Shown: positions 10,027-19,100, counted from the first letter of the stretch. The stretch: DNA of 64,000 nt from an uncultured Verrucomicrobiae bacterium (GCA_963813025.1 CAWEXO010000011.1:352001-416000); one strand, 5' to 3'. The notes: generated by a model from the letters alone, not told the origin. Program-made: numbers and translations.

Positions 10027-11271
10027 TCATGTGAAGATGGGCTGCAAATGGCGGTTAAAAAGATTTTCCGTGACGTTCCTGCCGATGATTTCCTTGTTTG
10101 CTTCAAGTGCGTAGGTAAATCGCTTTCCCATCCCGGCAGCGACCTTAAAGCCGATGTGTAACAGCTGGCGGAAATTGGGATCGTAACGAGGAGATGACTC
10201 TACGTGGCGCAGCGCGCTTTGGTATTGCGCGGAACTCCAGTCCATGACGGATTTGGGGTCCGGCAGTTTGCTCGGGTCAATGTCAATCACCGTGGAATAG
10301 GGAACGGCCAGCTCCGCAAAATGCTCGTGCGCCTGGGCGTAGATCTCTTTGACCAGCGCCAGCCCTTCGCCGCCCGATTCGGCTAGCCCGATCACCTCTT
10401 CGAGCCAGGTCGTGCCCGCCGTTTTGACGTGTAAACCAGCGTCATGTTTTTTGATCAGCCGGTTAATAATCGGGTAGATTGAAAACTTGTCGCTGCCGGA
10501 ATGGACACTCAATTTGAGGGTATCGGCGAGCCCGAATTCGCGGACGGCGAAGGCGATAACATTCAGGTCTTCGTCAAACTCTGTCTCAAACTTCTCGTAA
10601 TCCCCGACGTAATCGACTCCTTTGTTGAAGCGTCCGGTGAACTTTGGAGCAATTGTTTGGACGGGTATTCCTTCCTTGGCGATCATCGCCAGAATCAGGA
10701 ACAGCTCAACAGGGTTTTGCGGCGCGTCGGTTTCGTCGACGGAGACTTCAGTAACAAAGTTCTCGGAACCTTTCCTTTCCTCCACGTGCCGATAGATCCG
10801 ACCCGCCTCTTGTATCGCGAGCAAGAATTTACTGGCGGCTCCAACCACGGTCTCCTTGGTGATGGCAAAAGGCCGCTCGATTCCCGGAATGGAGAGCGAG
10901 CCGGTGTAGCGACGCACCGCTTTCAAGAAAGTTTCGACTGCTGTGGTTTCGGCCACTTTGCCGGTGAAATCCGCCACGTCGAGAGTAAAAAAGTCGCTCG
11001 CCGGAATAAACGGGTCCACCGTCTTCAGGCCGATGTGGTCAGCGTCGACGTAGTAAGCTCCCGCAAAGCCCAGCGCGGCTACCGCGGCGTCGGCCTCGGC
11101 TCGAACATCGTTCGGTTGGCTTTTGATGATCAAATGCTCGCGATTGGATTTGTTCCACACCGGGTGAACATCGATGCCCGCTTCGCGCACACGCAGGATG
11201 GCCTGGAGTTGCGACCGCCCTTGATGTGCAAACCGGTCGCCGATTCCGAAAGTGTATTTTTGGATCTTCAC
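10027..11271 (-). CDS. uxaE: Tagaturonate/fructuronate epimerase (UxaE family)
   Basis: FGIGDRF, DADHI, EVSVDET, KLSVHSGSDKF, HVKTAGTTWLE motifs. Confidence 0.88.
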   Translation of the reverse strand: MKIQKYTFGIGDRFAHQGRSQLQAILRVREAGIDVHPVWNKSNREHLIIKSQPNDVRAEADAAVAALGFAGAYYVDADHIGLKTVDPFIPASDFFTLDVADFTGKVAETTAVETFLKAVRRYTGSLSIPGIERPFAITKETVVGAASKFLLAIQEAGRIYRHVEERKGSENFVTEVSVDETDAPQNPVELFLILAMIAKEGIPVQTIAPKFTGRFNKGVDYVGDYEKFETEFDEDLNVIAFAVREFGLADTLKLSVHSGSDKFSIYPIINRLIKKHDAGLHVKTAGTTWLEEVIGLAESGGEGLALVKEIYAQAHEHFAELAVPYSTVIDIDPSKLPDPKSVMDWSSAQYQSALRHVESSPRYDPNFRQLLHIGFKVAAGMGKRFTYALEANKEIIGRNVTENLFNRHLQPIFT

Positions 11272-11369
11272 GATTGATCAAGGAGAACTGGCTGCAAGCG
11301 GGGGGATGACTTAGTTCTTCGGCTGTTCCGAGATACGTCCAAAAACCGGAAACGCTTGGCCGGACCAAT

Positions 11370-11387
11370 GGCCTTACCACTTGACCA
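11370..11387 (-). promoter_or_regulatory. Candidate GntR/FadR operator upstream of uxaE (TGGTCAAGTGGTAAGGCC)
   Basis: 16/18 identical to site at 11558-11575; lies just downstream of a minus-strand TTGACA (11408-11413). Confidence 0.6.
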
Positions 11388-11557
11388 CTACGTAGCTTGT
11401 GCGAGCCTGTCAAGCGCCCCGCCAACAGAATTACTGCGGTTGTGCAGAGTTTGCTCGCCGCGGTAATCGGGTTTGGAACTGAAACGGACCGCTCCTTGCG
11501 CCAGAATGGGCTCCATACCAAGCCCGGGTCAATTCGATAACGCCCGAGAGGAAAGTT

Positions 11558-11575
11558 TGGTCAAATGGTCAGGCC
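11558..11575 (+). promoter_or_regulatory. Candidate GntR/FadR operator upstream of the regulator (TGGTCAAATGGTCAGGCC)
   Basis: Repeated TGGT half-sites; near-identical copy at 11370-11387. Confidence 0.6.
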
Positions 11576-11609
11576 TTGCTTTTTAACTTGTTGAAAATAC
11601 GTTCGCCTT

Positions 11610-12428
11610 ATGCCGATCCAACCCGTCGAGGCGCGCCGTCTTTACCTGCAAATCGCCGATCAGGTCCGGTCGCTAATCGCCGCTGGAGAGTTTCCGCCCG
11701 ACAGTCGTCTTCCCGCCGAACGAGAACTGGCCAAGCGATTTGGCGTCTCCCGGCCGACCTTGCGGGAAGCGCTGATTGCTTTGGAGGTGAAAGGCTACGT
11801 CGACGTGCGTCCCGGCTCAGGAATCGTTGTCACGACGCCAAAGAGCGTGCCGCTGGACGGTTCGCTCGAGGAGGGCCCGCTGGAAATTCTGAGGGCTCGA
11901 AGCCTCATCGAAGGGGAGATCGCGGCGGAGGCGGCTGTGGCTATGAAGCCGCAGGACGTTGCCGCACTCGAACAGAGTCTCCTGACAATGGATGTTGCGG
12001 CGGCAAACCAGCAGGCTCTCCAGGCCGCCGACCGGCAGTTTCATCTGTACATTGCGGCGAAGCTCGCGAACAAAGTCCTCCTGCGGCTGCTCACGGAATT
12101 GCTTGATCAGCGTGACCGCACTTTGGCTCGGCAGTTCGCGATCCACTTTGATGACGCAAAGACCTGGAATGCGGTCCTGGACGAACACCGTAAGGTGGTG
12201 GCGGCTCTAGCGACGCGCGATCCCGCGCGAGCCCGCAAAGCGATGCGCGACCATCTGCGAAAGGCGCACAACCGTTGGGCTCACGAGTTGGACCGGGACG
12301 CCAAAGCCGGCCTTAAAAATGGCAAGAGGCGAGTCTTTAATCAGGGAGCGGCTGATCAGGCAGCAGTCAATCGAGCGGTGGGAGCGGCGGGAGCGGAGGA
12401 ATGTAACTGGGCAGTTGAAGAACTCTGA
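11610..12428 (+). CDS. GntR/FadR-family transcriptional regulator; C-terminal tail derived from repeat element
   Basis: RLPAERELAKRFGVSRPTLREAL HTH; FCD domain (ADRQFH, DEHRKVV). Confidence 0.92.
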   Translation: MPIQPVEARRLYLQIADQVRSLIAAGEFPPDSRLPAERELAKRFGVSRPTLREALIALEVKGYVDVRPGSGIVVTTPKSVPLDGSLEEGPLEILRARSLIEGEIAAEAAVAMKPQDVAALEQSLLTMDVAAANQQALQAADRQFHLYIAAKLANKVLLRLLTELLDQRDRTLARQFAIHFDDAKTWNAVLDEHRKVVAALATRDPARARKAMRDHLRKAHNRWAHELDRDAKAGLKNGKRRVFNQGAADQAAVNRAVGAAGAEECNWAVEEL

Positions 12429-12494
12429 GCAGATTGGCATCGCGGAGGCTAAAAAAGCCTTCCGTTTATTCGGCCTCCGGGCGGATGGTCAGTT
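12346..12494. repeat. Partial copy D of the ~250-bp element (one arm plus core)
   Basis: GCTGATCAGGCAGCAGTCAATCGAGCGG arm and GGGCAGTTGAAGAACTC...TTATTCGG core match copies A and C. Confidence 0.82.
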
Positions 12495-12750
12495 AATGTA
12501 TGCGGCTGAAGCATCTGACGACGAAAAAGTGCTGCCGCTCGACCGCTGCCTGCAAGGCCTGTGCTAACTGAAAGCCAGACGAGATTCTTTTCCTAGCTTA
12601 CCCTTTCCGCGGGTAATGCCTTCAAGATCTTCGACGCCGAAAACGTTGAAACGCGTCACGGTTTCGCCGATCGGCCAGGGTCATCTCGGGCTCCTAGCTT
12701 CTTCGTTGCATTTGCTTCTTGGTCGGAATGCACGTAATTCCCTCGCGATA

Positions 12751-13968
12751 ATGAGTTTTCAAGAGCTTGAGTTGGGAGACATGGTCGTGCACGGCGTACA
12801 ATCCTTGGGTTTTGGCGAACCGACTTCCATCCAGGAGCGCTGTATCCCATTAGTGCTTGAGGGGCGCGATGTGGTCGGCTCGGCCCAGACCGGGACCGGT
12901 AAGACAGCCGCCTTTGGATTGCCAATTCTGACCCGCCTGGGAAGACGATCCTCCTCGGCGCCGCGCTGCCTCGTTTTGGAGCCAACTCGGGAACTGGCGA
13001 TTCAGGTCGAAGCTGCTCTCCAGCTTTATGCGCGCTTCACTCCCGTCGAGCTTGGGGTTTTTTACGGTGGAGTGGGCTATGAGCGGCAGAAAAAGCTGTT
13101 GGCTTTCGGTATTGATATCATCGTTGCGACGCCAGGTCGTTTGCTGGATTTGCAACAGCAAGGGGTTCTTGATCTCAAGAGCATAGAAATTCTAGTGCTC
13201 GACGAAGTGGATCGGATGGTCGACATGGGTTTTTTGCCGGATGTCCGTCGCATTGTGGAGCTTTGTCCGAAAAATCGCCAAACGTTGCTGTTCTCAGCGA
13301 CGATTCCGCCGGAGATCGAGCAACTGTGTTCGTGGGTGCTCAACAAGCCCGAGATAGTCGAAATCGGTGTTAGACGCTCTGTAGCCGAGACTGTGACCCA
13401 CGCTTTCTACCCGGTGGCCGCCGCCCAGAAGTTTGATCTATTGGTGGCGCTCCTCGAGCAAACGCATTACGAAAGCGTTATTGTTTTCACCCGGACCAAG
13501 CAGGTGGCTGATGAGATCTCGGATCGTCTGAAGGCGCTGAAACATTCCGTGACCGTGTTGCACTCAAACAGGAGTCAACGCGAGAGGGAGGACGCGTTGG
13601 ATGGGTTCAAGTCGGGCAAGTTTGAAGTTCTCGTGGCGACCGATATCGCTGCTCGCGGTCTGGACATCACCGCGGTGACGCACGTGATCAACTACGACAT
13701 CCCGCTGCATCCCGAAGATTACGTTCATCGCGTCGGTCGAACGGGACGGGCGGAGCAGGTTGGAGACGCTTTTACATTGGTAATCGCTGAGGAGGCCAAG
13801 GCGATGATTGATATTGAAAGATTTATTGGCCAGAAAGTCCCGCGGATCAGGCTGGAAGGTTTCCCCTATGTCTATACCGCGCTTTTTGACGAGGGTAAGC
13901 GCCCGCTCAAACCGGTGAAAGGTTTTCGGACCAGCCGCGGCTACTCTTTTGGTCGGTACAGCAAATGA
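12751..13968 (+). CDS. DEAD-box ATP-dependent RNA helicase (RhlE-like)
   Basis: MSFQELEL start, Q motif, AQTGTGKT, PTRELA, DEVD, SAT, HRVGRTGR. Confidence 0.93.
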   Translation: MSFQELELGDMVVHGVQSLGFGEPTSIQERCIPLVLEGRDVVGSAQTGTGKTAAFGLPILTRLGRRSSSAPRCLVLEPTRELAIQVEAALQLYARFTPVELGVFYGGVGYERQKKLLAFGIDIIVATPGRLLDLQQQGVLDLKSIEILVLDEVDRMVDMGFLPDVRRIVELCPKNRQTLLFSATIPPEIEQLCSWVLNKPEIVEIGVRRSVAETVTHAFYPVAAAQKFDLLVALLEQTHYESVIVFTRTKQVADEISDRLKALKHSVTVLHSNRSQREREDALDGFKSGKFEVLVATDIAARGLDITAVTHVINYDIPLHPEDYVHRVGRTGRAEQVGDAFTLVIAEEAKAMIDIERFIGQKVPRIRLEGFPYVYTALFDEGKRPLKPVKGFRTSRGYSFGRYSK

Positions 13969-14220
13969 CAGCTGAACAGCTGATCAGGTAACAATCAACT
14001 CGAGCGGCGGGAGCGGCTTCAGCGGCGGGAGGTAGCCTTAAGCTCAGAAACTGAAAAACTGGCATGCGCTCGGAGACCGAATAAGCGGGAGGTTTTTTAA
14101 CCTCTGCGATGCCAATCTGTTCAGAAGGCATCAACTGCCCACCTACCTTCCTCCGCTGAAACCGCTCCCGCCGCTCCCGCCGCTCGATTGACTGCTATCT
14201 GATTAGCTGCTCAGCTGTCA
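13966..14220. repeat. ~250-bp palindromic element, copy C
   Basis: TGACAGCTG...CAGCTGTCA termini; arms and core homologous to A and B. Confidence 0.88.
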
Positions 14221-14854
14221 GGATGTCGCTTCGCACAAGTTTGGCCACCTTCATCCCAAGCTTGCGGTGTGCCTCCCCGTCCAGATGAATCCCATCCAAA
14301 GAACTGAGGTCGACAACCTTTCCCGCATCAAGGAAATGACAGCCTAAGCGGTTGGCCTGCCATTCGTAACGCGCCGCCAAATTCGTCGACTTTGCGATCG
14401 CGCCTTCAAAAAGCTCGGCCAATACGGTTAGCACCTTGATCGGAGGCGGGCAAATCAACAGCGCTGGCGGGGGTCTACCTTCCGAACCGGCCACCGAACG
14501 CTTGGCGATCCCTACCACTTCGGCCGCTCCCTGAGCGATCTCGAAAGGGGTTGCATCGAACCGACGCTTCAGGTCATTCACTCCGAGAAAAATGATAACC
14601 AGGTCCAGGGGGCGATGTGTCTCCAGCAAGATTGGCAAATGCCGCGAACCGTTCCTGCAGACGGAGACTCCTTCCACCGAATCGTCAAACACCGTCGTCC
14701 GAGCATTTAAACCCTCCTCAATAATCCGGGCATAACCTGTTAACTCCTGCTGAAGAATGCCGGGCCAACGGACGTCCCAATCAAATCGGCCGGCGCCATC
14801 CGGCCGATAACCCCAAGTGTTTGAATCGCCAAAACAGAGAATCGTCTTCATCAC
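14195..14854 (-). CDS. SGNH/GDSL hydrolase (arylesterase-like)
   Basis: FGDSNTWG block I, EEGLNARTT, LGVNDLK, DGIH. Confidence 0.92.
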   Translation of the reverse strand: MMKTILCFGDSNTWGYRPDGAGRFDWDVRWPGILQQELTGYARIIEEGLNARTTVFDDSVEGVSVCRNGSRHLPILLETHRPLDLVIIFLGVNDLKRRFDATPFEIAQGAAEVVGIAKRSVAGSEGRPPPALLICPPPIKVLTVLAELFEGAIAKSTNLAARYEWQANRLGCHFLDAGKVVDLSSLDGIHLDGEAHRKLGMKVAKLVRSDILTAEQLIR

Positions 14855-14914
14855 GCATTCAGCTCGACCGTCGATTTAATACCTGGTCGTAGGGTCGATC
14901 AAGAATCTCCACAG

Positions 14915-15170
14915 GCGAAAGAGCGACTTGATTGAGCCACGACGAATAGGTCGGCGTATAATGAATGCGCACCTGAGTAATGACGAGCCAGAAAATCGCA
15001 GACTGTTTTGGTTTTATGCGCGCTCAAGTTATCGCAGATGTGAATGGACCGCTCTGGAGCCTGGCGAGCCAACCAGATCTTCCAAAAAGGCGACGAACTC
15101 CGCACTGTTGTGGCGAGCGCCGGTGTGGCCGATTACCTCACCGCTCCCGGAATCAAGGGCTGCAAGTCGG
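14915..15170 (-). mobile_element. Degraded IS630 transposase fragment
   Basis: Broken frames give AALDSGSGEVIG...EFVAFL, ICDNLSAHK and HYTPTYSSWLNQV. Confidence 0.75.
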
Positions 15171-15423
15171 ACTCGCCAAACGGGTTGTCTGCAACGACAT
15201 AAACGATGAGATCTTCCGGACTGTCGTTGATAAGCTGATGGGGTTGGTCCGGCGAGAAGATGAATGCGTCGCCAGATTCGACCGACGTTGTTCCGTCCTG
15301 ATGTCGCACGACGCCCCCGCCTGAGATCACATGATAGAATTCCCATTGCACACAGTGCGAATGATAAGGATAGGGAGTTTTTCCGGGCGGAATGCGCAAG
15401 ATCTCTACGTCGGTCTTTCTCAT
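15170..15423 (-). pseudogene. Cupin-domain gene truncated by IS630 remnant
   Basis: PYHSH..QWEFYHVISG.G and PHQLIN cupin motifs; ATG overlaps the HlyD stop; runs into IS sequence. Confidence 0.6.
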
Positions 15424-16280
15424 TGCACCGCGACCGAGGCAGTTTGACCGATGCGCAAAGGGACCGGCGGTTCCTCCGTGATGTCCACCCTTACCGGGAA
15501 TCGTTCTGGGAGCCTTACCCAATCTACCGTTTGGCTGACCGACGGCAGCAGCCCGCTGCTGGTTCCTCCACTACCATCCGCGATAAAAATTCCCCAAGCA
15601 ACACTGTTGATCTTCCCGCCAAACGGATTGGCTGGGTAACCCATCAACGTGATTTTGACCGGGCGGCTTGGTTTAATCGCCGGCAACTGCGTCTCCTTGA
15701 AGTACGCCGCGACCCAGAACGAGTGGCGATCCACGAGCGCAAGCAGCTGTTGGCCCGCCGGAACATAGGCTCCCTGGCTCGTGTTAACGTTCGTAAGGTA
15801 GCCATCTACCGGCGCGTAAATCCGGGTGTAATCCAGGTTCAATTGCGCTGTTTGCCGGTTCGCTTCGGCGCTTTTCAGTTGAGCCTCGGCAGTCGCGAAC
15901 GCGTTCTGCGCATTCTGGAATTCCTCCTTCGAAGTGACGTTGCGTTTGAACAGATCAGTCTGCCGATCGAGGTCTTGCCGCTTCTGCAAAAGATTTGTCT
16001 GGGCGCTGGCTACCTGGCCGGCCGCGGAGGCCAGCGCCGCCTTGTAACCGGCCGGATCAATTTCAAAAAGTAGGTCGCCTTGCTTCACTTCCTGATTGTC
16101 GCGCACCAGGATCTTGATCACCGGACCCGCTACACGGGGCGCGATACCGATCACGTTCGCGCGGACCTGCGCGTCACGGGTCCAGGGAGTGGATGTATAC
16201 TTGCCATACAACAGCCAAGCGGTTGCCGTCGCGACAATCACCATCACGAAAGTCAGGAGGTATTTAAAGACCGTCTTCAT
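15420..16280 (-). CDS. HlyD/AaeA-family efflux adaptor
   Basis: PWTRDAQVRA, APRVAG, VKQGDLLFEIDP, WVRLPERFPVRV. Confidence 0.92.
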   Translation of the reverse strand: MKTVFKYLLTFVMVIVATATAWLLYGKYTSTPWTRDAQVRANVIGIAPRVAGPVIKILVRDNQEVKQGDLLFEIDPAGYKAALASAAGQVASAQTNLLQKRQDLDRQTDLFKRNVTSKEEFQNAQNAFATAEAQLKSAEANRQTAQLNLDYTRIYAPVDGYLTNVNTSQGAYVPAGQQLLALVDRHSFWVAAYFKETQLPAIKPSRPVKITLMGYPANPFGGKINSVAWGIFIADGSGGTSSGLLPSVSQTVDWVRLPERFPVRVDITEEPPVPLRIGQTASVAVQ

Positions 16281-16498
16281 GGCGCGAGCAAAATGCCGAC
16301 CAGGCTGCTGAACGCGACAACCAACGCAGTAAAAAACAAGGGCAAATGCCAGACATACCGCGTGACACCGATCCGTTCCAGGATGCTCGAGCAGAGCCAG
16401 GCCAAAACGAATCCGATGACGATGATACCCATCGACCAGGGCATGTGAAAATCGTACAAGTGCAGCTCGGGCGTACGAAGAAAAGCCAGCGGATCCAT
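16277..16498 (-). CDS. DUF1656/AaeX-like small membrane protein
   Basis: 73 aa, two TM segments, RYVWHLPLF motif, overlaps HlyD start. Confidence 0.8.
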   Translation of the reverse strand: MDPLAFLRTPELHLYDFHMPWSMGIIVIGFVLAWLCSSILERIGVTRYVWHLPLFFTALVVAFSSLVGILLAP

Positions 16499-16760
16499 TA
16501 GCGAGGCCGCGCCTCAGGCTGAGGACATTTAGGTGTTAAGTATGGCGCTGGACGCTGGTGCTCCCTGGTCCAGCGGCTTCGCTGTAGAGAGTCTTTGAAG
16601 AGAGAAGAATGCAATACCTGAATAAGAGAGGCGTCTGACAACACTTGATTCATCCGCATCAGCTTCCGGCGCTTAAGGACTCTTGAGAAACTGAGTTGTG
16701 AGGTTGTCATTGGAGGATCTGCGTTGCAAGCCGCGAGTTCCTCTTGTTAGTCGTCTAAGC

Positions 16761-19001
16761 GTGGCAAACGCGGCGGTGATCCCCGGAACTCGGCTCCGGT
16801 TCATTGGCCAGGTTGGCCGTGGATTGGCCGAGGTACTGTCCGATCAAGGCGTCCGGCATGGAATACGGCTTGGTCTGGCTGGCGTTCTTGGTCTTTACCT
16901 GGCGCTGCTCATGCGATTGGAACATCCCCTCTGGGCGCTCTTCACCGTCATCGTCTTGATGCAGGGCCAATATGTCGGCGCGATCGCGCCGCGGGCGATC
17001 GCGCGCGTCGTCGGGACGGTGCTCGGGGGAGCTATCGGCACGCTGCTGCTGGGCAATTGGGAGCAGAACCCAGTGCTCTTCCTGACCACTTATTTTCTTC
17101 TGATCCTCGTCTGCATGTACCTTTACGGAGGATCAATTTTTCCATATGCTTTTTTCCTTTCCGCCAATGCTCTCACCTCGGTGTGCGGCAACGGATTGAA
17201 TGAGCCGGCCAACGCCTGGAGCGTTGGTTTGGCCCGAGTCCTTGAGATCCTGGTTGGAGCGATCGCGGTGGGGATTGTTTCCAATCTCGTCTTTCCTCGC
17301 TTCGCCCGAAAAGAGTTTCGCACGCTTGCCCGCCAGACTTTGCAGACTGCGGCAGAGCTCATAACGCTTCACGAACAACACCTTTTCGTCGGGCAGGACA
17401 AACACCTGCCGGCGCGCCATCTGGCAAACCAGTTTCGCGAGCAAACGGCTCAGCTCAGTCAGCTGCTCGCGCTTGGGGCAAAAGAGAGCGCGCGCTTCCA
17501 CGTGCGACAGCCCACGTACGAGCGCGCGATCATTTCCATGAATCGGTTGCTCCAGACAATGTTCGATTTATTCGAGACGCAGCCAACCCGGCCACGGTAT
17601 CTTGCGGAAATCGGCGAACAGCTCGCCCCGGTGTATCGGACTCTGGAAACGATCCTCAGGGAAGCCTCAACCAGCTCATCTTTCACCGCGGAACATGCCG
17701 GTGAGCTCACGCCAAACATGGAAGCGCTGGAAGCACGGTTTGTCTGGCTCCATGCGCATCGGGTTGCTGCCGGATACTCTCTGGAAGAGGTGCTGGAACT
17801 GGCCAGCGAATATCAGGCGCTGCATGACCTGGCTCAGGAAGTGAAGCTGACGGGTGAACTTCTCGTTTCGTTGCCAATGCCGGGCGACCCGCCTGCGCGG
17901 GACCAGCAAAGACTCTTCCGCCCCGGAGTCGATCTTTCCCGGCTGCGCGATGCTCTCCGTCCGGCCTTCGCCTCGACCGCCGCCATTTTTCTCTGCAACT
18001 GGATCCATCCGCCTGGCGAAACCAGTATTCCGCTCCTGACCTTTGTCTTGAGTGCCACCTCGAAAAGCACGATTACCGGGCGGGGAAACCGCGGAGTAAT
18101 CCAGCAATCGGTTTGGATCGCGTTAGGAGGCCTGATCTATCTTTTTGCGATGTTCCTCCTCACACCTCTGCTTGCCAATTACGCGGTCATGAACACGCTG
18201 CTTTTCGTTGCGCTTTTTCTATTCGGTTTGTTGACGTCCGGACAACGCGGACTAAGCCTTTCGCAAAATGCTATCCAGATTTTTATCGTATCCGCGGTTG
18301 GCCTGAATGCCCAACGGCCTGTTCCCGTCGCCACCGTCATCGACTCCTACCTCGGGTTGATTGTTCCCCTGTTTTTTGTCGCCTGGGTTCTCCGGATGTT
18401 TTGGCCGATCCTTCCTGAGGTCCAGCTACGAAATTTATTGACCGAATTTTTTACGACCTGCACTCAGCTGATCAAGGCCGGCCCGGGCATCGGAGAAACG
18501 CCGGCTGCGCCCCGGCTGAACCTGATTCCGCTCGAAGCGATCAAATGGATCCACGGCCTGCGCAGCGCGGTTTGCCCGGCAGAAGAAGTCCAGAAGCTTC
18601 TGGATCTCTCCGTCACGCTGCGTGAGTTGGCGCTTCATGTCACCGGGCGGGCTAAACTTCATGCGCCGAGTCTGCCTGCGAATCTGGCGACACTTCTGGA
18701 TCCTTCCGTCGCGCAGCTCAGAAAAGAGCTGGAAGCAGCCAGCAAGCGTTGCGGAAGAGTTTTCCGGGAAAGGCGCAGAACTACGGAAGCATCCAACCTG
18801 GCCGAAGCCCGCCGGCAGTTCCTCGACGCAGTTTCCGCAATCCGCGGCCAGGGCCTGGTCCAACAACTTGCGCCGGTCCAGCTCCTCGAGTTTTACGCAC
18901 TGGTTCGTCATGCTGAATTGATGATCCGTCGCCTCATCCGGGCCGAAGCGCAGCTCAATCACCTCGAATTGGAGCGCTACTGGGGAGACTACGCGCTGTA
19001 A
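16761..19001 (+). CDS. FUSC-family inner-membrane efflux protein (start uncertain, 16698 or 16761)
   Basis: RLEHPLWALFTVIVLM...ARVVGTVLG, ARVLEILVG; two TM bundles. Confidence 0.85.
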   Translation: MANAAVIPGTRLRFIGQVGRGLAEVLSDQGVRHGIRLGLAGVLGLYLALLMRLEHPLWALFTVIVLMQGQYVGAIAPRAIARVVGTVLGGAIGTLLLGNWEQNPVLFLTTYFLLILVCMYLYGGSIFPYAFFLSANALTSVCGNGLNEPANAWSVGLARVLEILVGAIAVGIVSNLVFPRFARKEFRTLARQTLQTAAELITLHEQHLFVGQDKHLPARHLANQFREQTAQLSQLLALGAKESARFHVRQPTYERAIISMNRLLQTMFDLFETQPTRPRYLAEIGEQLAPVYRTLETILREASTSSSFTAEHAGELTPNMEALEARFVWLHAHRVAAGYSLEEVLELASEYQALHDLAQEVKLTGELLVSLPMPGDPPARDQQRLFRPGVDLSRLRDALRPAFASTAAIFLCNWIHPPGETSIPLLTFVLSATSKSTITGRGNRGVIQQSVWIALGGLIYLFAMFLLTPLLANYAVMNTLLFVALFLFGLLTSGQRGLSLSQNAIQIFIVSAVGLNAQRPVPVATVIDSYLGLIVPLFFVAWVLRMFWPILPEVQLRNLLTEFFTTCTQLIKAGPGIGETPAAPRLNLIPLEAIKWIHGLRSAVCPAEEVQKLLDLSVTLRELALHVTGRAKLHAPSLPANLATLLDPSVAQLRKELEAASKRCGRVFRERRRTTEASNLAEARRQFLDAVSAIRGQGLVQQLAPVQLLEFYALVRHAELMIRRLIRAEAQLNHLELERYWGDYAL

Positions 19002-19100
19002 AAAAAAAATGGCGGAAAAGAGAGCGCTTGTCCGGCAACATCCGGGGCCGATAGGGTCAAGCTCCTGCTTGACCATTTGAGCACGAGCCGCCTTGCGATT

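Noticed and set aside
12616..12750. N-terminal extensions from the ORF track (DEAD helicase; also tgt, ada, ppk2, DUF4126, adk and 61701)
   Set aside because: Family-typical N-termini begin at downstream starts, and the extensions overlap intergenic, repeat or neighbouring gene sequence.
665..12753. Similar peptides LLCRNARDSL (near 665-695) and LLGRNARNSL (near 12715-12745) upstream of two RNA helicase genes
   Set aside because: Only 10 codons and weak DNA identity; one lies in the helicase frame and the other in an unsupported ORF. Such matches are expected by chance in a six-frame comparison.
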